Assembly (NCBI GenBank): GCA_964016885.1
Contig: OZ024746.1
Span: 16,554,001-16,618,000 of the forward strand
DNA: 64,000 nucleotides
DNA from: Eledone cirrhosa
Taxonomy: Eukaryota
Reading direction: 5' to 3'
The notes below the pieces were generated by a model. That model was given only the letters and a program-made list of their open reading frames with translations. It did not search any database and was not told the DNA's origin. The translations under genes were made by a program, and so were the position numbers. Of the stretch, positions 12,086 to 24,872 are shown in pieces. How positions within the stretch are numbered: the first letter of the stretch is position 1; each line of letters opens with the position of its first letter.

Positions 12086-13019
12086 AAAACACCCCAAAAT
12101 AATGATTTCTAATTATACAAGGCCAGTATTTTGTGGGAAGGGAAGAGAAATGTTAATTAAATCAGCCCCAGCATGTGACTGGTACTTTATTTTAACAACC
12201 ACTGAAAAGCAAAGTTGACCTTGGCAGGATTTTAACTCAGAATGTCAACAGCTGTAACATATATCACAAAGCATTTGTCCAACACTCTAATGATTCCACC
12301 AATCAATTGTTCTAAACACCCAAAATATTGACCAATTGAGAGTGTAATTTGAAGGGGAGTGATGGTCAAGCAGTTAAATGAGGTTGAAGTAGGAATATTG
12401 GAGTTAAGGTGATAGGATGGAGGAGGACAGTGGTAGCTATATGTTTGGTTGTTAGTAGAAGGTTTAGCAATAGATGTGTGTCATGGTAGGAGATATCTAA
12501 AGTACTGGTGGGAAGGTGCACAATATAATCATCTGAAGTCCTTGAAGCAGATGCTGCCACAGCATGGCCACTGTCAAATAATTGCAACCAATAAAAGAGT
12601 AAAAGAATATCTGTTTATGTTAGTACTGTGCCTTATCTAGATATATTCTTTATGGGAAATGTGGTAGTGTTGAAACACCTGTGTAACTAAAACAACAAAA
12701 CAAACAATGAAACCAATAATGGTTTCTAATTCAGGCACAAGGCCAGCAATTTGGTGGGAGGGAGGCGGTTGATTATATTGACCCCCCCCCCCCCCCCCCA
12801 GTATTTGACTGGTACTTTATCTTGCAAGGATGAAAGGCAAAACTAACTAAATACCACAAAGTATTTTGTCTGTCACTCTCCCGCTTCTGCCAATCCACTA
12901 GCCTGTCAAAACAAATAATGAAAATAGTCCTTGTAGAAGCAAAGATAAAAGTTCTGATAAGAATGGATGATATAAAACTGTTTTTTTCCTGTTTGAAAGT
13001 TTTTATCAGTATTATCAAA

Positions 13020-13560
13020 TTGAAGGTTCACCCAGAAGTTGTCAACCCAGGTTTTTTTGCATGCCTTGGATGATAGCGATGGGCTTTCTTTCCTGTGGAT
13101 TAATTCATTAACACGAACCCAGGGCAGCTGCATGTAGTTTGTTCACATGTAAGAGCTTCAGTTCATTAATCTTGCCTTCAACATATTCTGCAAGGGCTGT
13201 TGTATGTCTCATCTACATCCTTCTTGCACATACTAATCTGAGCTTTCATTGTAGTTGATGAGGGATTTCTAATATACTAATTAGAAAGGTTCTTTAGTGA
13301 TTTTCTTGCTGAAGAAATTTGATGATGAGAACTTAATTTCATTGATGTCTTTTTTTGGCTTCTTTGGTAGTTCGGAGAGAGTAATTTCCTCATTAGCTGC
13401 AGTAAGGTTTGTGTATATAGTTTCAGCTGAGTCATCTGGACTAGAGAGTTCAGAAAATCTGTTGATGACTTGGACTGCATAATGCGAAGAGAGATCCTTG
13501 TTGGAAGACACTCTTCCAAAGGTTGTGATCTCACTCCTTTAAACATCTCAACTGATACCT
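13020..13560 (-). mobile_element. Degenerate LINE ORF2 fragment (endonuclease-RT linker)
   Basis: Frameshifted ORFs (YAVQVINRFSEL...LPKKPKK; PWVRVNELIHRK) resembling RTE-like ORF2 linkers. Confidence 0.45.
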
Positions 13561-14079
13561 TCTATTTCAGAGTCTGTTTTATCATGGCATTGGCATTACC
13601 ATTTTACTGAGTGGGTTGGGTGTATTACAGTGTAGGCTGAGTACATTTCATTGAGGCACAAACACTACAACTTCCCAGAATGTATTGGGTACATTTTATC
13701 ATGGCACTTTACAGTTATAGTAGTAGTGGAGGCTACAGTAGTAGTGGTGGAGGTTGGTGATGGTGGTGGTAGTCATGGTGTTGGTTACAGTAATGGTAGT
13801 GGTAATGTTCCCTAGTATCCAGAATAATTAATTGCTGTCATCTTGACAGTACAATTACATCTTATCATGTTCCTTAATAATTAAACATGTTGGCGGACAG
13901 CTGTTTACACTCACTCTCTGGTTAGTAACCCAACTTCCTGCACACTAACCTGTAATACTAATACTACTACTACTAAAAATAATAATAATAATAATGATAG
14001 TAATGATGATTTCTTTATTAGCTACAGGGGCTTGCACATAAAATACAGTAAACATTATATACAGAGGCATTACAGTAAT

Positions 14080-17005
14080 ACATGTGGGGGTGGACAGACA
14101 GTGTTATATATAATACAGTAATCATTATAAACATAGGGATTACATTACATGTGGGGCTGGACAGACAGTGTTATATATAATACAGTAATCATTATAAACA
14201 TAGGGATTACATTACATGTGGGGCTGGACAGACAGTGTTATATATAATACAGTAATCATTATAAACAGGGATTACGTTACATGTGGGGCTGGACAGACAG
14301 TGTTATATATAATACAGTAATCATTATAAACAGGGATTACATTACATGTGGGGCTGGACAGACAGTGTTATATATAATACAGTAATCATTATAAACAGGG
14401 ATTACATTACATGTGGGGCTGGACAGACAGTGTTATATATAATACAGTAATCATTATAAACATAGGGATTACATTACATGTGGGGCTGGACAGACAGTGT
14501 TATATATAATACAGTAATCATTATAAACAGGGATTACATTACATGTGGGGCTGGACAGACAGTGTTATATATAATACAGTAATCATTATAAACATAGGGA
14601 TTACATTACATGTGGGGCTGGACAGACAGTGTTATATATAATACAGTAATCATTATAAACAGGGATTACATTACATGTGGGGCTGGACAGACAGTGTTAT
14701 ATATAATACAGTAATCATTATAAACAGGGATTACATTACATGTGGGGCTGGACAGACAGTGTTATATATAATACAGTAATCATTATAAACAGGGATTACA
14801 TTACATGTGGGGCTGGACAGACAGTGTTATATATAATACAGTAATCATTATAAACATAGGGATTACATTACATGTGGGGCTGGACAGACAGTGTTATATA
14901 TAATACAGTAATCATTATAAACAGGGATTACATTACATGTGGGGCTGGACAGACAGTGTTATATATAATACAGTAATCATTATAAACATAGGGATTACAT
15001 TACATGTGGGGCTGGACAGACAGTGTTATATATAATACAGTAATCATTATAAACAGGGATTACATTACATGTGGGGCTGGACAGACAGTGTTATATATAA
15101 TACAGTAATCATTATAAACATAGGGATTACATTACATGTGGGGCTGGACAGACAGTGTTATATATAATACAGTAATCATTATAAACATAGGGATTACATT
15201 ACATGTGGGGCTGGACAGACAGTGTTATATATAATACAGTAATCATTATAAACAGGGATTACATTACATGTGGGGCTGGACAGACAGTGTTATATATAAT
15301 ACAGTAATCATTATAAACAGGGATTACATTACATGTGGGGCTGGACAGACAGTGTTATATATAATACAGTAATCATTATAAACAGGGATTACATTACATG
15401 TGGGGCTGGACAGACAGTGTTATATATAATACAGTAATCATTATAAACATAGGGATTACATTACATGTGGGGCTGGACAGACAGTGTTATATATAATACA
15501 GTAATCATTATAAACAGGGATTACATTACATGTGGGGCTGGACAGACAGTGTTATATATAATACAGTAATCATTATAAACATAGGGATTACATTACATGT
15601 GGGGCTGGACAGACAGTGTTATATATAATACAGTAATCATTATAAACAGGGATTACATTACATGTGGGGCTGGACAGACAGTGTTATATATAATACAGTA
15701 ATCATTATAAACATAGGGATTACATTACATGTGGGGCTGGACAGACAGTGTTATATATAATACAGTAATCATTATAAACATAGGGATTACATTACATGTG
15801 GGGCTGGACAGACAGTGTTATATATAATACAGTAATCATTATAAACATAGGGATTACATTACATGTGGGGCTGGACAGACAGTGTTATATATAATACAGT
15901 AATCATTATAAACATAGGGATTACATTACATGTGGGGCTGGACAGACAGTGTTATATATAATACAGTAATCATTATAAACAGGGATTACATTACATGTGG
16001 GGCTGGACAGACAGTGTTATATATAATACAGTAATCATTATAAACATAGGGATTACATTACATGTGGGGCTGGACAGACAGTGTTATATATAATACAGTA
16101 ATCATTATAAACATAGGGATTACATTACATGTGGGGCTGGACAGACAGTGTTATATATAATACAGTAATCATTATAAACATAGGGATTACATTACATGTG
16201 GGGCTGGACAGACAGTGTTATATATAATACAGTAATCATTATAAACAGGGATTACATTACATGTGGGGCTGGACAGACAGTGTTATATATAATACAGTAA
16301 TCATTATAAACATAGGGATTACATTACATGTGGGGCTGGACAGACAGTGTTATATATAATACAGTAATCATTATAAACATAGGGATTACATTACATGTGG
16401 GGCTGGACAGACAGTGTTATATATAATACAGTAATCATTATAAACATAGGGATTACATTACATGTGGGGCTGGACAGACAGTGTTATATATAATACAGTA
16501 ATCATTATAAACAGGGATTACATTACATGTGGGGCTGGACAGACAGTGTTATATATAATACAGTAATCATTATAAACAGGGATTACATTACATGTGGGGC
16601 TGGACAGACAGTGTTATATATAATACAGTAATCATTATAAACATAGGGATTACATTACATGTGGGGCTGGACAGACAGTGTTATATATAATACAGTAATC
16701 ATTATAAACATAGGGATTACATTACATGTGGGGCTGGACAGACAGTGTTATATATAATACAGTAATCATTATAAACAGGGATTACATTACATGTGGGGCT
16801 GGACAGACAGTGTTATATATAATACAGTAATCATTATAAACAGGGATTACATTACATGTGGGGCTGGACAGACAGTGTTATATATAATACAGTAATCATT
16901 ATAAACATAGGGATTACATTACATGTGGGGCTGGACAGACAGTGTTATATATAATACAGTAATCATTATAAACATAGGGATTACGTTACATGTGGGGCTG
17001 GACAG
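14080..17005. repeat. 65/67 bp minisatellite, about 44 copies, in COMMD8 intron 1
   Basis: ACATGTGGGGCTGGACAGACAGTGTTATATATAATACAGTAATCATTATAAACA(TA)GGGATTACATT. Units differ almost only by the 2 bp indel. Confidence 0.98.
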
Positions 17006-17214
17006 AGAAAGTTATATTTAACAAAAAAAAGAAGGTCGGGGCAGAGAATTAATTAAAACTTTATTTCTAATATAGGTACAAGGTCAGCAAATTTGGGAGA
17101 AATAGAAAGTCAATTACATTGACCCAGTACTTGACTGCTACTTTATTTTATGGACCCCCCGAAAGAGCTATAATTAAATGTTGTAAAGCATTTTATCTGA
17201 CACTAACGATTCTG

Positions 17215-17420
17215 CCATCATCACTATCACTACCATCATCATCATCATCATCATTATCACTGCTGTCATCATCATCATCACTATCACCATCATTATCATT
17301 ACCATCATCACCACCATCATCATCATTATCACTGCGATCATTATTATCACTACCACCATCGTAATCATCGACACCACCATTATCACTACTACTACCACCA
17401 CTATCATCACCATCACTACA
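17215..17420. repeat. (ATC/ACC)n degenerate trinucleotide tract
   Basis: Visible low-complexity tract. Confidence 0.9.
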
Positions 17421-17914
17421 ATTGTGACTAATGTAACTAAATGCCAACCATGTCAGTATATATAATCCAGCCATCTTGACACTACCATCATCATCATCAC
17501 TACCAACTATGTCAGTATATATAGTCCAGCCATCTTGACAGTAAAGTGTTAACATCGAGAGTGAACTGTCTGTTAAGATAATAGTTTTTTTAACAAATAT
17601 TATTTTTAAATGAAGAAATCTTTGTTTAACATATGTTACTGGAGAAACTTTTAGTCTATGTTTCACTTTGTTTCATGTTGTTGTCAATGATAACAGAAAG
17701 ACATGATGAAATTTGCCAAAATACTGAGGGGTGGGGTTATTTGGTGGTGGTGGGTGTGGGTTGGTGGGGTGGGTGGAATATAACATGTTGATCATTTGTT
17801 TTACTGTGCTAGCTTCCGTTAGATTCCTCTGTGACTACATCAACTTTTACACCTGCCACACACACATATATATACACCACCCTTTCTCTGTAAAGTTATG
17901 TTGGTTCTACAACA

Positions 17915-18175
17915 TCCAGTCCTAAATAAATGAGGTCGTGTAGGTGTCACGACAAAAAAAAGACACAGTCCACGCTGTAATTTGGCCATGTAGGTAACAC
18001 GGTAAAAGCCTCCCAGTCCACACTGTAAATGTGGTTGATGTTAGGAAGGGCATCCAGCCGTAGGAAACCTGCCAGACAGTCCTATACGAGCGACCAATCT
18101 TGCCTCAAGTGGAACAATCCCCGTCTAAACCCATGCTAGCGTGGAAGATAGACGTTAAACGATGATGATGATGAT
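17915..18175 (+). mobile_element. RTE LINE 3' UTR fragment with (GAT)n tail
   Basis: Matches the reverse complement of 40650-40935. Another copy at about 23218-23485 (-). Confidence 0.75.
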
Positions 18176-18188
18176 ATATATATATATA

Positions 18189-18347
18189 CAGTTAAATTCT
18201 GTTATAACGAAATTCACAGGGTATAAAAAAAAAATTGTTGTAACAAAAAATTCTTTATAATGAGATCGCCCTAACACATCGAGGCTGCAACCAGGGATTG
18301 AAAAAAATGTTGTTATAATGGTATTCGTTATAACGGAATTTCACCTG
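18189..18347. mobile_element. Tc1/mariner-pogo type MITE
   Basis: TIRs CAGTTAAATTCTGTTATAACGAA / TTCGTTATAACGGAATTTCACCTG, flanked by TA in an (AT)n tract. Confidence 0.75.
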
Positions 18348-19339
18348 TATATATATGTATATATATCAGTCTTAATATTCTCATATTAGATATAACTTAT
18401 CAATACATCCTTCTTCTCTCTACCTCTCTATTTCTATCATTGCCACCTTCTTCACCAACTCACCACACTTTTTTCTACCCATTTTATATCTTCTATTAAT
18501 GTTACATGTTCATACCAGTGCAATCATTTTTCCTGTAAACTATGTCACTGATATTCATGAACAGTCAATTATCGTCATCATCACTATCATCATATCCATT
18601 TTTCCATGCCTGTATAGGTTGGACGGGTCTTTTTTCAGTACAGCACCTCTCCATTTGACGCATTCCTTTGTCGTCTCCTCTGTGAGATTCAAGATTTCAG
18701 ACCAGTTCTCACAACTTCCTTGGGCTTCTTCTACTGCAACTTCCTTCCCCTTGGATTTTTTAGTACTTCTTCACCCAACAGTCATCATCACATGTCCATA
18801 CCAGTGCAGTCTTCTCTCTTGCACCCTACATCTGATTCTTTTTATATCCAGTTTCTCTCTCAGTTCATCCATGCTTTTTCATTATTGGTGGGAGTGTGTT
18901 GTTGTTGTTCATCCTGATATCATTGTTTGTTGTTCTTGCTCATGTTGGTGTCATTGTTTCTTGTTGTTGTTACTATTGATGTTTAGTTCCATTCAGGTCA
19001 GCTCTAGTAAAGCAGGCCTTTGTTGTTTTTTAGCCCTAGGTCAGACCTGATATATCAGACATATGATGTTGTTTAGCCACAGGTCATCCTTGATGTAGCA
19101 AGCCTATGTTGTTTAGCCACTGGTCAGCTCTGATAAAGCAGGCCTGTGTTGTTTATCCCTAGGTTGTCTTTGATTGAGCAGATTTGATCAAAAGCATTAC
19201 AACCATGACCATCTCATATTTTTATATATTTAGGACTACATTGTTTAAGATGCTTTTTTTAAGACAACAGTAGGTTGTAATTTGGGAGAATTTGGCTACT
19301 ATTTCTAACAGGTTGAACGACCAGAGAGAGACTCTTTCA

Positions 19340-19613
19340 TTAACTCTTTAGCATTCACATTACTCTCTATATACTATTATATTTTCATAGTAAAGGCTTT
19401 ACCTCACATAATATCTCACACATTCACATTATTCTATATATACTATTATATTTTCATGGTAAAGGCTTTACCTCACATAATATCGAATCTTTGAGATTTT
19501 GAAAGTATTTATTTTGAGAACAATACCTTAACATCAGTTTGAGCGACCAGTTACAGCCAGTTGCAACAGAAAGAGGTAGAGAATTCTGGCCGGTTTGAAC
19601 ATTAAAGGGTTAA
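19340..19613. mobile_element. TTAA-flanked MITE (piggyBac-like)
   Basis: TTAACTCTTTA...TAAAGGGTTAA ends. Homologous copies at about 7227-7422 and 32030-32240. Confidence 0.6.
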
Positions 19614-19748
19614 CCTATAAGTGTAATTAAATGGTCGTCAATTTAGCATCCAATCTTAGTTATTATTATAATTATCTCCATTGTTCTAGTTATCATTACC
19701 ACCATTCTCTCTTCTGTTGTCTTCAAGACTATTATTTGTATTCATCAG

Positions 19749-19910
19749 CTTCTTCATGGCATCATTAGTCAATTGTACAAAGACAGCCGTAACATACTAC
19801 ATTATGAAGACTACAATAATGTGTGGAATATACAACAGTATTGGCAAGTATGTGATTGCTGTGAACAGTTGGTATTAGCTGCTGGTAAAGAGTCTTGGAC
19901 AAAAGACCAG
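19749..19910 (+). CDS. COMMD8: COMM domain-containing protein 8, exon 2
   Basis: CAG acceptor and GTGAG donor, 162 nt. LLHGIISQLYKDSRNILHYEDYNNVWNIQQYWQVCDCCEQLVLAAGKESWTKDQ resembles COMMD8 LLHKII...YQDYHTVW as recalled. Not in the ORF track. Confidence 0.9.
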
Positions 19911-20019
19911 GTGAGCAAATATATCTTTTTTCATCTCGCATTTCTTCCTTAACTCTTTTAATGATTAACAACCTGTAGAGATTTAGCAGAAAATATATTT
20001 GGATGGTGATGGTGGGGTA

Positions 20020-21340
20020 ATTATATGTCCAGTTTCTCCTTCCTTGGTCTCTAAACTATCAGTCTGACCAACTAAATATCCAGTCTCTCCTCCTTCCTTG
20101 GTCACTAAATTACCAGTTTGACCAACTATATGTCCAGTCTCTCCTCCTTTGGTCTCTAAATTACCAGTTTGACCAACTATATGTTCAGTCTCTTCTCCTT
20201 CCTTGGTCACTAAATTACCAGTTTGACCAACTATATGTCCAGTCTCTCCTCCTTTGGTCTCTAAACGACCAGTTTGACCAACTATATGTCCAGTCTCTCC
20301 TCCTTTGGTCTCTAAATTACCAGTTTGACCAACTATATGTTCAGTCTCTTCTCCTTCCTTGGTCACTAAATTACCAGTTTGACCAACTATATGTCCAGTC
20401 TCTCCTCCTTTGGTCTCTAAACGACCAGTTTGACCAACTATATGACCAGTCTCTTCTCCTTCCTTGGTCACTAAATTACCAGTTTGACCAACTATATGTC
20501 CAGTCTCTCCTCCTTTGGTCTCTAAACGACCAGTTTGACCAACTATATGACCAGTCTCTTCTCCTTCCTTGGTCACTAAATTACCAGTTTGACCAACTAT
20601 ATGACCAGTCTCTTCTCCTTCCTTGGTCACTAAATTACCAGTTTGACCAACTATATGACCAGTCTCTTCTCCTTCCTTGGTCACTAAATTACCAGTTTGA
20701 CCAACTATATGACCAGTCTCTTCTCCTTCCTTGGTCACTAAATTACCAGTTTGACCAACTATATGACCAGTCTCTTCTCCTTCCTTGGTCACTAAATTAC
20801 CAGTTTGACCAACTATATGACCAGTCTCTTCTCCTTCCTTGGTCACTAAATTACCAGTTTGACCAACTATATGACCAGTCTCTTCTCCTTCCTTGGTCAC
20901 TAAATGACCAGTTTGACCAACTATATGACCAGTCTCTTCTCCTTCCTTGGTCACTAAATTACCAGTTTGACCAACTATATGACCAGTCTCTTCTCCTTCC
21001 TTGGTCACTAAATTACCAGTTTGACCAACTATATGACCAGTCTCTTCTCCATCCTTGGTCACTAAATGACCAGTTTGACCAACTATATGACCAGTCTCTT
21101 CTCCTTCCTTGGTCACTAAATTACCAGTTTGACCAACTATATGACCAGTCTCTTCTCCTTCCTTGGTCACTAAATGACCAGTTTGACCAACTATATGACC
21201 AGTCTCTTCTCCTTCCTTGGTCACTAAATTACCAGTTTGACCAACTATATGTTCAGTCTCTTCTCCTTCCTTGGTCACTAAACTACCAGTTTGACTAACT
21301 ATATATCCAATCTCTTCTCTTTGGTCTCTAAACTATCAGT
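20020..21340. repeat. 51/48 bp minisatellite, about 26 copies, open on the minus strand
   Basis: CCAGTCTCTTCTCCTTCCTTGGTCACTAAATTACCAGTTTGACCAACTATATGA-like units. Gives the 431 aa ORF 19983-21278. Confidence 0.95.
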
Positions 21341-21449
21341 TTTCATAAGAGAGTGGGTTGGATAAGCCTATAGAACCTTGTCTTTGACTATACTAAATCT
21401 TATTTAAAATGATATAATATACTCTGCTTCTTGCATTTCACCAATGGAG

Positions 21450-21792
21450 GCACATGGCTTAGTGGTTAGAGCATTGGCCTTGCAAACGAAAGGTTGTGAG
21501 TTCAATTCTCAGACCGAGTGATGTGTTGTTTCCTTGAGCAAGACACTTTATTTCACATTGCTCCAGTTTACTCAGCTGTAAAAATGAGATGGTAGGAACT
21601 GGGGTCCCTATCATTCCACTGCAAAGTGGTCGTGGAGGTGCCACGGCAAAAAAGCACCCAGCACTCACTGTAAATGAGGTTGGTGTTAGGAAGGGCATCC
21701 AGCTGTAGAATTCAAGCCAGCATCAGTTTCCGTCCCACCCTTGCAAGCAGGAAAAAAGCGGACGTAAAATGAAATGATGATGATGATGATGA
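21450..21792 (+). mobile_element. tRNA-derived SINE family B with RTE-derived tail
   Basis: A-box TGGCTTAGTGG, B-box GAGTTCAATTC, core TCCTTGAGCAAGACACTTTATTTCACATTGCTCCAG, tail ending (GAT)n. Confidence 0.85.
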
Positions 21793-21949
21793 ATTCATAA
21801 GTTTTGATAGTTGAAACCTGAACTAAAGTTCCTATATATGTGATGTCCTATCTAACTTTTGCTTGTAAGGAAAACATATGTTAAATGATTCTGATCATGA
21901 CAGTGATGATGATGTATGTCATGTTAAATCTGTGATATTTCTCCTGCAG

Positions 21950-22105
21950 ATATTCAGATATATTGGTGAGACAGTTCCTGATGATTATAAGCAAAGTATG
22001 TTTGATGTGATAGATTGCCGTAGAGATGACATTGAGGAAAAGTTACTTGAAAAGACAGATAGCATCTCAGAGAGGCAGTTACACAATTTTGACTGGAAAG
22101 TAAAT
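21950..22105 (+). CDS. COMMD8: COMM domain-containing protein 8, exon 3
   Basis: TGCAG acceptor and GTAAG donor, 156 nt. IFRYIGE...SISERQLHNFDWKVN contains the COMM domain start (L-x-x-F-D-W-x-V). Confidence 0.93.
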
Positions 22106-23174
22106 GTAAGTATGAACAGAACCATTTACCAAATGTTTGTTGTTGTTGTTTTGAATTTTTTGTTTAGTTTTGTTTTGGTTTTTGTGAAGTTGTAAATTCC
22201 TTGATTCCTATTTCATTAAGTAGCTTCTTTAGAAGAAGATTTTAATTTAATTAAAAACAATTTAAAACTGGAAGTTTTACATAAGGATTGGGGGTGGTCT
22301 CAGGCACATTGATTAAGATAATACAGCTGCTATTTTGAGCAGGTTGAGTGGCCACGTAGAGGCTCTCTTGTTGGCTTGACATTACATGTGTGGACATTGT
22401 AGTCTGTGTGTGTGACACTGTAGTCTCTGTGTGTGTGTGACACTGTATAGCTGAATAGTTAAAAGGTTCACTTCACAATCATTAGGTTCCAGGTTCAATC
22501 CCACTGTGTGTTATCTTGATCAAGTGTTATTTACCATAACCTTAGGTTAACCCACGATTTGTGAGGGAAATTGGATAGACAGAAACTGTTTGGAAGTATG
22601 TCAGATGGACTGTACTTGTAATTAAAAGGACCACTGTTGTCACACAATGTGTCATGCTGAATCTCCCTGAGAATTACATTAAGACTACATGTACCTGTGA
22701 AATGATCAGTTATATATATATATATATATAACCTCTCCTCCTCCTCCCTGTTTGACCTGTACGTAATTCTTTTCTTTCGCACGCTTGGTCAGGCTGGTTC
22801 GCCTTTTTTCTCTCTCGTCTACGATTTCACAGAACTTTTGTTCACCGAATTCACAGACTAGATTCCTTCTTCCTCCCGTTAGACCTATACGGAATTCCTT
22901 CCTTGCTCACATTCCAACCAGGTTTGATGGTCTTTATTCTCTCTCATTCACGATTTCACCGAACATATATTCATGGAAATTTGGGAGACTTGACTCGTTC
23001 GTCCTCACTTTTTGTTGCTTCACCATCTTTGTTTGTTTACACTCTCGCTGTCCCCTTTATTTACGTGTCCCAACGACTTTTTTTAGCCGTTGCTCGCACC
23101 AACCGGAGGTATATGGTCTTTAAAGCGAAGAAATACCTGTGATGGTTGGAAGATCACTGATGAGGACCACTTTA

Positions 23175-23219
<45 letters not shown>

Positions 23220-23578
23220 TCATCATCATCATTTAACGTCTATCTTCCATGCTAGCATGGGTTAGACGGGAGTTGTCCCACTTGAGGCAAGATTGATCGG
23301 GTGACCGTATCTCGCTCGTATAGGACTATCTGGCAGCATTTCGACAGCTGAATGCCCTTCCTAACACCAACCACATCTACAGTGTGGACTGGGGCCTTTT
23401 TACCGTGTTACCTACATGGCCACATTACAGTGTAGACTGTGTGGTTTTTTTTGTCGTGACACCTACACAATCTCAGTTTGGACTGATATATATATATATA
23501 TATAGTAGTAATAGGTTGGTAAAAATATCCTTGGTTCAGAGCAACTAAAGTCTGTAAGGCGAGTTTGAATATAATTAT

Positions 23579-23773
23579 TAAGGTCAGTTACTACAATGGT
23601 GCTACACTAGGTACTTACATTTTATTAGTCCTGATGACCAACTTGTTCAACCTGTGCCTGTAAAATTGAACATTTTCCGGTTCATTTTCATCAGCACAGA
23701 TTGAACAAGTTAGTCATCAGGACTAATGAAATGTATGTACCTGGTATGGCACCATTGTAGTGACTGGCTTTAA
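23579..23773. mobile_element. Palindromic MITE with TTAA ends (Kolobok-like)
   Basis: About 78 bp imperfect inverted arms, TTAAGGTCAGTTACTACAATGGTGC... / ...GCACCATTGTAGTGACTGGCTTTAA. Confidence 0.6.
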
Positions 23774-24677
23774 TAATTGTGTGTGCCATATAATTCTGGA
23801 CACCAGGTTTTGAAACTGTATTCATTTGATTCTCTCTCAAATATTTAGAATTTGTTATGGAATTATTGAGACTATAATAGTTCCATTCCATCATAAAAGA
23901 ATTAAAGAAATCTGGTACACTATATTCATTGCCTACTCTTAGTTAGAACAGGTTATTGGTAACTTGTCTGAGAGTGTCAAGGTAATGTGACTCCAAGACA
24001 GACAGACAGATAGTCAGACAAACTGACACTAGTAAGAACAATGGTTACTGCTATGACACTATTAAATAATAGTACTGACTAAATTGGTGAATCAGTAAAC
24101 TACTTTCATTCCAGTGTCACCATCTCATCACTCCACCCCCATAGTCACCATCACCCCACCCCACCACACACCCATAGTCACCATCACCCCACCAAACACC
24201 CATAGTCACTATCATCCCACCCCACCCTAACAAACAAAATAAATGTAATAGCTTTTTTTTTTGTTTAATACAAAAGTACTTGTTGAACTTGATTTGATCT
24301 TTTCAATAACCATGGAGAACATGTCATCGTTGTTGGTTGTGTATTTAGGTGTGTGCTGCTATGTGTAAAAATATGTATGTGTATTTAGGTGTGTAAATAT
24401 GTATGTATATCTAGGTGTGTGCTGTTATGTATGAAAATATATGTGTATTTAGGTGTGCTGTTATATGTGAAAATATGTGTGTGTTATTATATGTGAAAAT
24501 ATGTATGTGTATTTAGGTGTGTTATATGTGGAAATTTGTGTGTGTAAACAAAGCTTTGAGGAAATTTGAATTTTGAAAGTATGTTAGCTTATTATAAAGC
24601 TGCTATTATATATAGTCAAACAAATTAGGTATACAATAGTCAAACTTCGCTTGTTCCTACATCCTCTACATTTCCAT

Positions 24678-24872
24678 AATAATAATAATTGTTTCTACTT
24701 TTGGCACAAGGCCAGCAATTACCCAGTGCATTACTGGTACTTTATTTTATCGACCCTGTAAGGATGAAAGGCAAAGTCAACCTCGGCGGGATTTGAACTC
24801 AGATCGTAAAGGGATGTAACTATGCTGGAAAGCATGGTGTCCGACCCTCTACCAATACTGCCAACCCACCGC
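24678..24872 (-). mobile_element. SINE family A, full-length copy
   Basis: Same head, core and (ATT)n tail as 9375. Abuts the CR1 3' UTR. Confidence 0.85.

Noticed and set aside
6267-17005. Regular 47, 55 and 65/67 bp arrays as CRISPR
   Set aside because: Head-to-tail tandem units with no spacers.
17119-17666. Asp-rich or Ser-rich ORFs
   Set aside because: Trinucleotide microsatellite, open in several frames.
21450-21530. tRNA gene
   Set aside because: A and B boxes are present but there is no complete cloverleaf. It continues into a multi-copy SINE core and tail.
23625-23725. Three CTGATGA/TCATCAG boxes inside the palindromic MITE
   Set aside because: None has a consistent GAAA, stem III and stem I arrangement.
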